Notes under the pieces: model-generated
The model's database searches: none
Seen by the model: only the letters and a program-made list of their open reading frames with translations
Told to the model about the DNA's origin: nothing
Part shown: one piece after another, positions 14,580 to 29,740 of the stretch
Layout of the letters: each line of letters opens with the position of its first letter
How positions within the stretch are numbered: the stretch's first letter is position 1
Origin: Eledone cirrhosa
Taxonomy: Eukaryota
Assembly: GCA_964016885.1 (NCBI GenBank)
Contig: OZ024750.1
Span: forward strand, 21,018,001 to 21,082,000
Direction: 5' to 3'
DNA: 64,000 bases
Position numbers and translations under genes: made by a program

Positions 14580-17008
14580 GTTGTTCTTTGAGTCTCAGTC
14601 ATTGATGTTAGTTAACTGGAAAGTTTGTTGAAATGAATATCAAGCCACTACCTGCAGCCTCAGATATTCAGGACGTATCGGAGGGTTCGTGATGTTCCCA
14701 GCAAGCATGCCTTTTGAAGCGTTCGAAAAAGCGGGGCGGGGCCGATTTTCTTTAACCATCCCTGGAAACTTTGACTTCATGGCAGTTCCAAATCCTTTTT
14801 ACCTCCCACTTTAACTCCTGGTATCGGTTAATTTTCTCCCCCTTCTTCTCTTGCACTCTCGTGTCGAATGGGCAGGCCACATCCACAATCAGGCACCATC
14901 TTTTTTCCTTGTTCAAAACCACCAGGTCAGGTCTATTGTGTTCCAGTTTCTTGTCCGTCTGTATCCTAAAATCCCACAGCACCTTCACCTGATCGTTTTC
15001 TATCAACGACTCTGGCTTATGCTCATACCACTTCTCAGAATGTGGTAAATTGTTTAAATGCATAGGTGCCAGTGGATCACCCTGCCCATCACATCATGTG
15101 TCCAGCCCTTATAGTGAGTCTGGGCTAGGTGTTTACACTCGGCTACAATGTGAGCCACAGTCTCCTCTCTCTCTCTCCACAGACCCTGCACAGTGGGCTA
15201 GCCTTCTCCTTATAAATATGGTGTTTCAACCACTTCGTTTTGGTGGCCTGCTCTTGCGCAGCCATTAGCATTCCTTCTGTAGCCTTTTTAAGGTCTCCTC
15301 TTTTCAACCAGTTCCATGTCTGTGAATGTCTGAATTCAGTTTTCTCAAAGAAGATACTATGAAGGGATTTTTCATGGAGGCTGCTCTTTCTCCTTGTTGT
15401 TATTTCCTCCTTGGACATCCCCTGGTCTATTGTTCTCTCCTTAAGTACAATTCTGAGCATTGGCTCCTTACTATCAGTCACGTATTTGTGTAGGTTGTTT
15501 TTCTCCATCTGAACACAGTCCTCTATGCTGATAATACCTCTTCCACCTTCAGATCTCCTTAAGTAGAGTCTATCTACAACACTCCTCTTGTGGAACATGT
15601 TGTAGATAGTCAATAGCTTACTAGACTTCCTGTCCATTTCTTTTTGTTCAGCAACATTCCATCTCAGAATTCCTGCACTGTACCTAATAATAGACACAGC
15701 TCTGGAATTTACTGCACTTATGGCATTCCTACTGTTCAGATGTGACTTTAATACGCTCCATACTCTCCGAATGTATTCAGATCTTATCAATTCCTTCAAT
15801 TTGTTGTTCTTGATGTCATCAGCCTCCAGAACACCCAAATACTTGTATCCTTCTTCGGTGTCAATTTCCTTTATCATCTCACCTGTTGGTACCTGGAATC
15901 CGTTGCTTCTGCTCAATTTATCCCTCTTTATCTCAAGGACTCCACACTTACTAATACCAAATTGCATACATATATCATTGCTGAAAATACGGACAGTGTC
16001 GACAAGCACATCCAACTCCTTCTCACTCTTCCTGAAGAGCTTAAGATCGTCCATGTAGAGGAGGTGATTGATGGTATGCTCTCCCTTTCCCAACGTGTAT
16101 CCTGCTCTCACTTTTCGCAGTGTAACGGTCAGGGGCATCTGGGCAAGGACAAACGAGAGAGGGGACATACTATCTCCCTGGAAGATACCTCTCTTGATCT
16201 TCCCGCCTCCCAAGGATTATCCAACCGATGTTAACTCTGTTTTCCAGGACTTCATACTTTTGCCCAACAACTGTTTGATGTTATCTGCCACCTTGAAGAT
16301 ATCTAGGCTTTTGGTGATCGAAGAATGAGGTACCCTGTCAAATGACTTTTTGTAGTCTATCCATCCCATGGCAAGACCACTGTGTCTCCTCTTGCAATTC
16401 CTCATTACCATCTTATCAATAAGTAACTGGTCCTTTGTACCACGGGACTTCTTTCGGCATCATTTCTGTTCGTCCGGTAACAAGTTGGTTGTGTGGAGGT
16501 GATGGTAAATTTCCTAAGACATAATGCTTGTCAACAGTTTCCACATTACGGACAGACATGTGATAGGTCTATAGTTGGTAACATCATTACCCTTGATTCG
16601 GTCTTTCATTAACAGAACTGTGGTACCTTTTGTCAACCACTCTGGTACTTCACCTGACATCAAGCAGTCATTGAACATGGTTGTCAGTTTCGGGTGGAGG
16701 GATGTTATATTTTTAATCCAAACCCCTGCACACCATCTGGGCCTGGTGATTTCCAGTTGGTTAGTTTTTTTGCCTGCCCCTTAAAAGTTTTAACTGTGAT
16801 ACTAAAAACAGTTTGTTGGTGTGCATTTTCACTAATCTCCTTTTGTACTGTCTCAATCCACACTGCCTGGTCATTATGTTTAACATCCTGCTCCCATATT
16901 CCTCTCCAGAATGTCTTAGTTTGTTCCACCTCAGGGATCAAGTCGTTGCCTCTTTCTTTCCCTTCAAGCTGTCCAAACAGCATCTTCTGGTTGTTGTCAA
17001 ACATGCGG
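14395..17008 (-). mobile_element. R4/Dong retrotransposon, 5'-truncated, same family as the 4270 copy, with duplicated 3' end
   Basis: RT motifs (GIFQGDSMSP, LYMDDLKL), CRVCGE, NRPDLVV..DVACPFD; (TAA)n-type repeats at both ends. Confidence 0.92.
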
Positions 17009-17042
17009 TTTTATTATTATTATTATTATTATCATTATTATT

Positions 17043-17075
<33 letters not shown>

Positions 17076-20000
17076 ATGCGCGTTATCACTGCATTGCGGG
17101 CGGATTCATGTTCTAGTGTTTCCTATTTAAATATATTCCAACTATATTTAAAATAAAAAATAGTATAAAATCTAAATCAAATGGATTAAATATAGGTCAG
17201 TTCAAAATATATTACAAAGAAATTTGGTTGGTTCCGTCATCGGGTGTTCCGACTGGTTAATCAAAGGAAACCATCTCATAAAACTAACGAATGAGTGACT
17301 AACCGCTTTATAGTCTCGTATACCGTTAAAATAATTGTCGTGGAGATTTCAACGCGACAAGGTGTATATGGCTAACCGGATAAATAACAAGTAAAACTAA
17401 TTATTTACCACCTGAGCGCCAGGAAGTAAGCCAAATTAAGAAAACGTTTTATACGGAACGTTTTCTTTTCTTAGAAATGTTATATATACCCACGATAAAT
17501 TCGTTATATAACTTAAGTTTGGGAAAATATTGTAATTATTTGCACAATAAATCACTTAAGTATGGCAGTGTGACAATTATGTTACTAATACGTTGTACTG
17601 TATCATCATATGCTCTTATGGTTTGATATTTAAACGAATGATTATCAACGAAAGCTGGATTTTTAAGAACTCTAGTTCTATCAATAATACATTTTCCGAG
17701 AATATTTACATGTTTACATGATGTTACAATATGAAGCACATACGTGCATATATATCCTCACCACCTGAAATCAAATTACCAACGCTAACTCCCTACAATG
17801 TGGGCGGTATGTATTAGATCATCACATTAGTGCTACTTCTCTACTATGCCAACATAGCCACCAACTCAAGGCCAATATCTGCATAACATAGAAACAAGCA
17901 TTGACATTTATTTCTCATTATACACTTGTGTTGTTATGTGTATGTGTGCGTAAGTGTATACATATGTCTGTGCACACACGTGTGTTCCCCTTTTGCTTAA
18001 CTCAATGTGGATGCATGTCTCCTTGAGACGTTTTCAATGGCAGAGACGAAGACCAAATTTACAATGGGAAATTTAATATACAGATATCTTGCTTGAAGCC
18101 AGTCTCGTCTAGCTGAAAAATATTCCAAAATATTTATTCTAGATTATTGAAATGGCGTTACTACATTTCTAAAACAATGTGCTAGCTTTGAAAATGCTGA
18201 GACAGTTGTCGGTTTGGTTTAGCATTAAGTTGCTATATCGTAGCATCTTGGATGCGATATAATCTCGCTGCACCACGCCTTGTAACACGGGAATAAATGT
18301 TATTTTGTCGTCAATTTAATTATTACCAGCCAATCAGCTACCAACTAGTTTCCTTTAACTAGATAAGGCAAAATCATTTTTCAACACATCTTGCAACACG
18401 CCATCAGCATTTATATTCTTGGCTTCCGTGTTATATCTATACGTTTTGCCATGTATATCTATACTGTTTGTGCCTCGCAAATGTATACGTACATACACAT
18501 AAATATTGAACATTTTTAGTTCTTTAAAGTATATATAAAAAAGAAATATGTTATGATTTCTAGGTTATATGAGATGTCAATACATATATGGCTTTTAATA
18601 ATGCTATTAGCCACAAAATTAGATGAGTGTAAACAAGTGTTTCTAATGTGATGCAAGTCTGAATATATCAATCCGTCTACATATAAAACTCAAATAGAAA
18701 TTCTAATGAAATATTTCTATAGCATATATGCTTCTTATCTTATTTTTTCTTAAAACGTAAATGCTTATGGGATGTAATTTGATATTCGTAAAGAAAATAC
18801 ATGCTACATGACAGTTTAGTATACATATCTTATTTGATAAATTATTACTTGTTTCTTATATTATTAACCCTTGCGATATTTTACATTACTGAATGTATAA
18901 ACCAGTAAGTTATTGATTTATTTAAGTCTTAGAATTGAGTGATTATATCATAGATATATGTGAATTATAAACGTTGTTCCGAAACAACTACATTGTATAA
19001 AGGTTAACACGTGACATATTCAAAGCCAAGGACATTTCAGTTCGGTTGTTTTTTTTTATTTTTGATCATGTATGTATTTGTTGCTTGTTCTTAGAGTTCA
19101 AACATTTATGTTTAGCTCGTCTCTTTTGAGATTCTATTTCATAAGGTAACTCGTTGATCGATAGTGGAGAAAGTTCCTGTCATCGGGGCTACAATGCAAC
19201 CATTTAATATATAACAAATAAACACATTACACGGTATACATTTAATAAAGGTACACATTTGCTGTTGAAATACAACTTAGTAAGTATCGATTAAGGGTTT
19301 TTTCATATGGATTACCATCCGTCCATCAATGTATCTTGAAATCCTGATTAAATTATAGGGGCGCCGTCCTGAAATATGGCATACCATGGTAATTTGAAAT
19401 TGGGCGGAGCCTAACCATATTCAGACTTGAACAGAAACCAACTCATTCTAGGAGACAAAGTCATCGAGAAAATATCGAACCCTGTACTGGATTGGTATTT
19501 GATTTATGCACCAATTCTAACACTCTGTGGAACGAATATCGCAAATGTTTCTATCTCACGGTCACCAACGACTAAATCTTCTCTACTACAATATGTTCTA
19601 TTTACAAAATGTATTCGCCGTATGGAATCTGACACGTTAATTTAGCTTTGTTTTGATTCTGGACATATTCATTACAATAATGGTTAGTTACATTTGGCCA
19701 TTTATTAGGCTCTAGCTACATATGTTTCCTATATATATATGTGTTTCCTATATATATGGCCAATAGATTATACGTAGCGTATAAATAAAATGAAAATATC
19801 CTATTCACCTGAGTAATGTAGCATGCCACGATATGTACATACACATATAACACGACGACGAATGTCTAAAGTTGAAGAACGTTAAATCTAACTGTAATGA
19901 ACTCTGTACATATATACACAGAAGCCAATAAATCACAGTAGATATGTTCATTGTTCTTTCACACCCAATCTATTTTCCTTGATGGAATTGGCTATATACA

Positions 20001-21099
20001 ATATATAAATGAGTATTTTTTCAATGTGTGTATATGTGTTACTATCAATATTGATGGTGATTAATGTTGTTTTCTTTTATATATTTACAGGTAAGGACAT
20101 TGAAATTATATTATATTCCGTAGAATATCGAGGGATACATATGAGGATATATATCACTGAACAAAAGGTATATAACGACACATATTTAGCATGTTCTTAT
20201 ACTCTCTGTATCCATGTTTATGGTTATGTTTAATTTGCTAATCTAATCAGTTATCTATTGTATCAATTATGAAATTTGCTTAATTGATTGTCAGCTTTTT
20301 CAAATAAATCTAATTTGTCTATACGTGAATTGAATGCACCGGTAGATTTTTCAAACAAATATTTTATCAGCCAGCATCTTTTAACTTTGAATAATTTGTC
20401 TTGTCACTTTACTGTTAAAACATTAATTCTTCCTGATTTATCAACAATATTCGTATATGAAGACGCGTAACTTAGTGATTACGGGGTGGGGATCACAATC
20501 GTATGGCCAAGGTTTCTATTTGTGGACTAGGTGATGTACTGTGTCCTGAAATAACACATTATTTTGAGTTACTCCTTTCCATTTAACTGTAGAAAATGAT
20601 TTGCAACAGCCCTTGTGCCATTGTAACTGCATATCGTGGCACAGAGATGGAACAATATTTGCCTTCCATAAAAGAAACCCGGCCCAGACTCGTCCTGCAG
20701 ATAGTTACATTCAAGATGCAAAAACTGTATCACTAATCGAAGTGTGAATAATTTCTGGGAATATTTCTTATTAACACACGACAGTGAAAGGGATTTCCTT
20801 GTATTTTGAATAGCTATTCATTATTGGTTAAATTTCTCTACTTCAAACTAATCATAAATGATCAATGTGTTAAGATAGTCAGAAAACTATTTTAACTACG
20901 TACGCTGAGGCCTTCTGAAACGAATTATTTCTTGTAATATTTATTCGGGATCTAATTTTGCTTCATGTCTGATGATTCTTTTGTCAAGTATAGTCATGTC
21001 CTTATCATGTAGCTGTGTGCGTGTATGTGTACATTTTTGTGTTCCTTTTTGGAGTTTCTGACGTTACAATGGTGGGCATGTGCGCATATTTGTGAGAAT

Positions 21100-21310
21100 C
21101 CATGTGACATAGGGGTTAAGACGTTCGGTTCACAATCGTAAACTCCTGGGTTCAATTCGCAACAACACATACTTTTCTCAAGCAAAACACATTATTTCAT
21201 GTTGTTTCGGCCATCTCAGTTGGAGAAAATCATTTGCAGCTGTTATTAGAAGACCAGACTGGTATCTCACACTAACACACTGAACTGTCCTGGGAACTAC
21301 GTAAAGTGAG
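21100..21310 (+). mobile_element. Decayed tRNA-derived SINE of a second family
   Basis: AGGGGTTAAG..TCACAATC..GGGTTCAATTC tRNA-like head; similar decayed piece near 20470-20720. Confidence 0.4.
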
Positions 21311-24300
21311 CATGTGTTTCTGGAACTGGAAGACTCAGAGATGTTAGGTTAATTCCAGGCTATTTCATAGTTCTAACATCGCCAATTCTCATTACAGGAA
21401 TCGACGGAGGTCCAATTCGCGTGTCTCTGTGCACTTGTTTGCTTTGTTTTATCTTTCACTTTGTGCAAATTTCACTTCAGTATCTAATTTCTTTATGTTT
21501 CAAACAAATAAATAGTTAAGCACCTTCCCAAGAACTGAAGAGAAATCGACATGTATGGCCATCTCCACATTATGAAAAAAACTGAAATAAGAACCCACAA
21601 ATACATGTAGAGAATTGATGTACATTTTTCAAAATCTAAGATAAAAACACAGCGGTCACGTATGCGCATGCACACAAAACCAGCAACGTAAGCTAACCAG
21701 AGATACTCATTAGACACCCCCATTAGCTAACTCGTATAACATTTCCATCTACACAAGCGCCCACCGTAGCATAGCCAATAACACACATATATGCCCTCAC
21801 ACGCACTCACATCATTGAAAACTCACTTGGTAACGCGTACTACATACACACACGCAAATAGTAACATAAAAAACAGATGCACGAAAATGCCTAGCAACAG
21901 TATCGAATTTGTTTTTGCTGCACGAATTAAGTGAAACAGATGTTATAACATGAATTCAGTAAAAACATACAAACAATTTATATTCTACATCTGAATATTG
22001 CCCAACCGCATAAACGAGCCTCGGGGATTGGAATGGAGCTTTAGGGTCATGTCATTCTCTATCCTCTGAGAGAACGGCTTTGCACTTCTGACGGACAGTA
22101 TCATAAGGCGGCATCTGCCTAAAGCTTTGCAACACAGAGAGACCGAATAGGCGAATGAAAGAACGTGACAGATATTCATTCGTACTGTCATCATATCTCA
22201 TTCTATCAAGTGTTATTTTTTAAAACAATCTATCAAATAATAAATACACTTTCCTTGAAAAAGAGAGTGGTTGATTTACTATATTCTATCCAGCTACTAT
22301 TAGGCATTAACTCCTCAGCTTTTAGCTGGACAATTCCATTTATGCAAGGTTCTTATTTAACACAATTTTCCTATTTTGCAAAAAAAAAAAAACATATCGT
22401 ATTTCCACTCTTATTTGATAAACAGTATTACAGAAAATGTAATTGTTAATTACGGTCAATTAGTTGACCCTTAATTTTACCATTTTAAAGTAAATGTCAT
22501 TATGGTAGTCCTTGAAATATTGTATATTCTACTTTGGTATATTTTATTAGCCATTACCACGTGTAATATAGGTAAACAATCTCATTTCTATAACATTATA
22601 TAGGTAAACAATCTCATTTCTATAACATTTTGCTTTGCACAAAACCATATTAAGAAAGTATACAAGATTTTGTGAGTTTTCTTTTAATATTTCCACTATT
22701 ATTTTATAGTATTTCTGAAGCTGAAGTTGAGATGCTTGCACATTTCATATGACTAGTCCGTCTTAAATTAAACATTCCCTATGCTAATACTTGAATATGT
22801 TAAATCTCCGCAATACATATATTATTTGAGTTATATGGATTTCTTGTGTAAACATAATACGCCCAATTTTACGGTTAGGATTTTTGGTATTTCGGACGGG
22901 CTATTTCAGCAAATCTTCCTCGCCATCCCCCTGACTTACTTACGCAACTTTTTCTTACCCGTAGCCATGATGAAAGAAAAATATTTTAAAAGTTTACGCA
23001 AATATTTTTAAAATAAATTAAATCTTAAACATATAGGCTGCTCAAAAGCCCTTTTAGAAAGAAATTCTATTTTCATATTCCTTATCAGGAAAAAAGAAAT
23101 ACAAACATTTCGAAATGCTTCATAATTTGAAATATTCTCGTAAAATTACTTTTGCGAAAGTACCTTGTTGATATATTTTTAAATAATTTTAAACTTGAAA
23201 TATTCTGAGACGTCTTAAAAGAAAAACATTTACATCTTTCTTTGTTAATCTCGTGAGTCTTTTTTCTCTGAATTAGAATTAGAATCCATACAATACAGCA
23301 TGAATACTTCCTAAATGTATTTGTCATATTGAAATGTTTACAGTATGTTACTGTTTCTTGATCAATGCAGTATCATTGTCATTATGATATTAAAATGTTT
23401 AAATGAAGTAGTCTTAGTTGGTATAAATATATACTTTCTATTTACTATTATTATTGTTTTATATAATTTTTATAAAACCCTTCAGCAATTCAATCATCAA
23501 ATGGTTTATTTAAAATATATCACTACTGTACAGATTTAGAGACAGAGAAAAATCAGCTGAAAAATGCAATTTGTTTTTTCGGATTACGTGCATTCACTAC
23601 GTAGTTGGAAGAATGAAATTTGATTTTTCGGATTACGTAAGCCTCTCATTAATCCAAATACGCATTTGTAGGAATTCACATCAGTAATTATATATCTGTC
23701 TTCGATTAAAATTGCATGAAATAACACTTGTTTAGTGACATGATTAAAAAGAACGCCGAACATGTATTAACTTCTTCCACTTGGTTCTTATAGTTTTATC
23801 ATTGCTAACGGGCAATAATTCTTTTTCTCCAACTAGTTGGCAGTTGTTTTACTATTGTATTAAATTCACATCTATACCACGTTATAGAACACGGACATTC
23901 TCACACTGTTTATTCCTTATGTACATTTAATATAACTGCACTATGATTCGTTTTGCCTTTTGAATATTCGCCTCCTTGAAATTGAAAATGAAGTATCCAA
24001 GAGACATTAAGATAAAATATATAGATATATAGATATATAGATATGTATGTATATGTGTAAGTGTGTGTGTGTGTATATATATATAATGATTTCTACTTTC
24101 ATTGCAAATAATGCTATTAGACCCATAACATAAATTCTAGATTATAATATATAACTTTATTATTAAATCAACTTTCTTGTTCCTTCGTTGAATAATTCAA
24201 ATGCACACGCTTACAACCTTCCTATATATTTATTCAGTGTCATGTCCCGTATCAGTTTGTATATATGTTATTCTTATGCCGTTTATAATACAAATTTATG

Positions 24301-24833
24301 AAAGCGAAACATACTTAAAATGTAGGTTACATTTTCTAAATATGTATCAATACCCCAGAAGAAATAGCAGAAACATCTTCTATTAGATAGTTATCAAATT
24401 AAATAATATTCGTGCTATCTAGATATAAATATTCGTTGCAGTAACTTATTCTTAATAGATACAATTTCGAAAAAATTTGGCATAAATATATTTATCATCA
24501 TATATCATATTTAATGATTAATTCGGGTAACGATTTTTATCAAATATCCTTCAAAGTCTGTATATGTTGAATAATTCAATCTGACAAACTATTTGCGCAA
24601 TATTAGAATGCCAGATATAATTTAGTTTTTATGATCAAACGATAGCTACCCACAAGAAATTAATCTTGAATTATTTTGATATATCACAGACCAAGAAGCC
24701 GTTATTAACACTTCGATTACGGAGAGACATAGACAGACATTATACATCATGCGATTTATAGATTATGTTTGGCTTTGTTCTCATTTCCCAAGATGGCGCT
24801 TATATTAAACAATGGTGCGTATTTTATCCTATT

Positions 24834-24900
<67 letters not shown>

Positions 24901-24911
24901 TATATATATAT

Positions 24912-24981
<70 letters not shown>

Positions 24982-25164
24982 CAAATGCTTAAATACATAT
25001 CATTTTAGATTTTGGGATGTTTTTTATATTTTTATTCATATTTATGCCTGTCATAAAGCTACTATCTGATCACGTGATTGCCGATTATCATTTTCAAAAG
25101 GATTCTAATCAGATTTGTAATCTTTGAAGCTTAGAAATATAATATTCCTATAACTATCTATCTA

Positions 25165-25221
<57 letters not shown>

Positions 25222-25978
25222 GAGAGAGAGAGAGCGAGAGTGAGTGTATGTGTGTGAGTGAGTGAGTGAGACAGATATACATATAGATATAACTTATATA
25301 TAATTGTATACTAATGTATATTTGTGAAATATATATACACACATATATATATACATACATACGTATAATATCCATGTAAGCTTTACATCTATCCAACAAA
25401 TAATACCTAACTCAATATATAGGACGATAATAATCGTAAGTACATGCCTTTTTATTGACGGAGCCGGTAGGTCGTCGGTAAGAATAATTCTCAATATTTA
25501 TTCGGGTACTCTCATATTTGTTTAGACAAACACGCATAAGTACAGCACTAGCACAGCTTTCCCTCCCTCTAACAGCTATGTTACATTCTGGATGATTCAA
25601 AGAGTCAACAGTGTAAGGAACAAGAAGTTGTCTGTTTCTGATCAGCATGACATGGTCTATTAATTCTTTTGATATCAACCTGCCTGATACCAACTCTGAT
25701 TCTTTGATGAAAAACCATTTGTAAAATATTCTAGTGTTTGTACATAGTGGGCAAGATGGTGTCTCAAGTTGCAGGTCCTTAAACTTTAATCAGATCTAAA
25801 CCATGCAGCATTTGAACGAACCGCTACTCAAAGAACATTTGAGATTTAATCTTACAATCTTTATTTGGTTACTCAAATATAAGATTTTAACAGAGATAAT
25901 TTGAAAAGAATACATACTATGTGTTTAGATGTCCGCATATATATGTATGCATAAATCACACACACGCCACAAGTATGC

Positions 25979-26050
<72 letters not shown>

Positions 26051-26068
26051 ATATATATATATTATATA

Positions 26069-26222
<154 letters not shown>

Positions 26223-28810
26223 ATATAAACAAACAGGAAAATATATATGAATATTTATTCATACAGACTCATACACATCTACACAGAAAGAGTCATATAC
26301 ATAAATATATCAATATAAAGAAATGTATGCTGTGTTTTATGTGTAAATAATCTAATGTGTAATGCCTCGGTATTCTATTCATCAAGGTAAACTTTAATAT
26401 ACAATGTTTATATAAGTTAATATGTAATGTGTATATGTCTATTGGTTCTTTGATATCTCTCTATATGGTTATTGGTCGTATTCTAAAAGACAGTCATTCA
26501 GATGCAGCAAAACAACAAACTAGTAATGTAAATAGACTTTCCTCATGACGATTTACTATATTAACTACTAAAATGAGATCGGGGTTAAGACTTGTGATCT
26601 TTGAATTCGCCATATTACGACCTCTCCTTTAATCTTGTTTTTTGTTATTTGATTCTGTCTTCATTTTTTTCAACATGAGAATTCTTAATTTATTCATGAA
26701 AAAAATAACATAGAAGAGTAGAAATCAGAAGTCTATTTTGGGTTTGTTTTTATACCGCTGATGAATTATTCAGTGCATTGACACAGAAGTTACGCCGGTC
26801 AAAAGTCGAATAATCGACGTTTATTAGCCATCACAAACTCACTTCTTTGAAGCAACCGTTTAAATGGCATTCGTTAAACGTTGATCGCATTAAAGCGGTA
26901 CCAAGCATACACGGTATTTTATCTCAGGTTTTACAGCAAAACTTCTTCATGTCTGAAGTATCTTGCTATGCAATTAATTCTTGTAGCTCATTAAGGCGCG
27001 TTACAAAATGCCAGCGAAGTGGATGAAATACGAATTCCGGGCGATGATTTTTCTTTTAACAAACGTTTAAGTTACTTTGGATGAATAACAAAACCGTTGA
27101 AGCGGTACAGTGTATAATCTTCATCTCAATATTTGCCATCAATCCTCTTAGAGATCGTGTATATTATCTTGTTTATTTGCACAAGTCCTTCAATGTAACT
27201 AATTAAGAGACGTCATTTCCCCACAATCGTCGATGAATTACATATATACTATTACTAACACTTTACTATGATTTAAGCAAATCTTTTAACCACCATCATT
27301 AACTTGTACTTGGATTAATATTTTGTCATGTGTACTTACAACGTTTCCACTGAGATAGTTCCTATGTCAGTTTGTGCAGACAGATCCTGCATGTAGCACA
27401 TCAAAACTCGTTATCGGACTAGAGATAAGTTAATGAACTGAATTTCAAGAATCATGGATTCTGCACGGCGAGTTTTCCTTTTAAACTAGAAATCGCTAAA
27501 TGCGCACGGAAGCGGTAAAATAAATAATTTGATCTCCCAACGGTTGTCAGCAAAATCTCTTCACGGGTTAATTATCTTGTTAGTTTGCACAGTTCCTTCG
27601 GGTAACTTGTCATTAAGCGTAAGAAAAATATCAAGACTACATATTAATCATCATAGATTCTGAACGATGTCTTTAGCACACCATTCAACTGGCATTCTTT
27701 GAATAGTGATACTATGACAATGGTGCCAAATGCAATTTTCTTCCAATGATTTCCAAGCAAAGAATATTTGACATTTTGTACCAGTCCTTGAGATATGCCA
27801 TCAGAATTGTTCATTGTACGCCAAAGTGGCATATGGATTACATATTAACATTCATGTACGATATCTTTGAACACATCCTGGATCTGGCATCCGATGAATG
27901 GTTTTAGTCTTAAAGTGGCACATGTATAATTTTTATGACACAAATTTTCCCCTCAGATGCTCTTTATGTCAGTTGGACTGTCATCCAGATAGCTCATCGT
28001 GACTAATGATTTTAGTAGAGATACTATTTGGCACTATATATTATTCGTCATAGATTCTTTAAGATGTTATTTAGACAAATGATAGTGATAAAAGTGGTTC
28101 CATGGTTCATTTCTGTATCACAGCCTTTGCCATCAAATGTTGTTCATGTCTCTCCTTCAGATAGCATAACAAGACTCGGCATTAAATTATAGAAAAGCTT
28201 AAGAATTGCAAGTTAAACATCGGATATACAGGAGAATGCTTTTGAACAAATGAATTGACTGGATTTCAGTCAATACAAGTAGCATTATCGTAGCACGATA
28301 TGAAATATTATCTCTCAACATTTGTCAGCAAAACCAAGACAAGACTGATGATGTGAAAGTATCTGCTCAGTTTACGCAAATCCTTCAGTTAGTCCTTTAG
28401 AAATTGGCGTTAAAGTCTTGTCAAAAGTATAAACTACGTAATTCAAAATCCGAGAACGGTTGAATTACGTATCGATAGCTAAATTAAAACTAATGGTAAA
28501 TGAAGTACATAATTGTGTAACAATTCAATTGCAGAGCAACGGTAGTAATAAATCAGGAATGTGCTTAGGGTATTATCACTTATATATGTACTGTTTGATT
28601 AAGTTATTAGGGTGGTCCGCTCATATTCGCAAGATCGTGTCTTCGATTACCAGTACCAGGTAGCTAATTTGAGCAAGAGAATATATTTCATGTACATCTA
28701 TTCACATGCAGCAGATAAATATGAGAAATTGAAGGAGCCTGTCATGTAACACAGTTTCGCAGGCTTAATTACCATAATAATTACGTTAGTAGTAGTATAA
28801 GGAGTGAAAG

Positions 28811-29095
28811 TATAAGGAAACATGATGAAATCGAAAATGCAGCTGGAGTCTTTTTTTTTTTTTAAATATATATTTATTAGGTTCATTTACGGGTTTCGCA
28901 GTTCTTCTGCTTTTCAAAAGTAGAATTGAGATGGAGGGTTTTTGGTTTTTCTCATATATGTGGGAAAAACCACAAACCCTCCATCTCAATTATACCTTTG
29001 AAAACAGAACTGCGAAACCACCGGTAAAGGAACCAAATAAATATATATTAAAAAAAAAAAGACTCCAAGTTGCATTTTCGATTTTATCGTTTTTC

Positions 29096-29102
<7 letters not shown>
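28811..29102. repeat. Imperfect palindrome (family I) with a variant hammerhead in each arm
   Basis: Centre ~28957; consensus of the two arms CCTT-TTGAAAA-GCAG.AAGAA.CTGC-GAAACC..GGTA-AAGG. Confidence 0.75.
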
Positions 29103-29158
<56 letters not shown>

Positions 29159-29164
29159 AGAGAG

Positions 29165-29740
29165 TGAGAGAGAAAGATAGTCGAAAATGTGAGGAGGAAA
29201 TTAATTTCTCTTGATTGTTTCCTTATATTACAGACGGAAAAAAATCAATTATTATTAAACAGCCATCACAAAAACACGATACCACCAAACGTGACAGTAC
29301 AGATCATCATTTATTATGTATCAGAATATTGAGTTCTTAAAAATTTTAATATTTAGCACAACAATAATGATAATATAACTATTTGCACTGATGCTAGTAA
29401 ATGTATTGGTGTTATAAATTGTCAGATTCATTAGGACGTCTGATGAAACACTGTTCGATATTCTTTCTGTTTAAACAACCTCAAGGTCAACTTTATCAGT
29501 CATCATTCTAGTGTCGATTAAGTACACGTCTCCTACTGTAAGACGATCTAAATGGTCATCGTCGAAACCAACGGAAGATGAACCGTCTTCATTGCTGTTC
29601 ATTATTTGCAATCTCATCGTAGTTTTGTACACTTTTTAATGGATCGTTAGGTTGTCAGTTCTATTATCCGTGTCGAGATGTGCTCTTTAGTAGGGCACTT
29701 TATTTTATATGGCTGCAGTCTCATCATTTGAGAGAAATTA
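29165..29740 (+). repeat. Dispersed duplication, copy 1 (copy 2 at 41510-42080)
   Basis: Collinear similarity by eye, e.g. AAACGTGACAGTACAGATCATCATTTATTAT and GATGAACCGTCTTCATTGCTGTTCATTATTTGC. Confidence 0.9.

Noticed and set aside
22566-22629. 32-bp tandem duplication
   Set aside because: Ordinary slippage duplication with no associated structure
25400-25900. Possible very decayed Penelope-type endonuclease on the minus strand
   Set aside because: Only vague motif echoes (GR..HV, HPEC); insufficient
29440-29460. CTGATGAAAC as a hammerhead (also near 41768)
   Set aside because: CTGATGA and GAAAC overlap; there is no stem II or stem III
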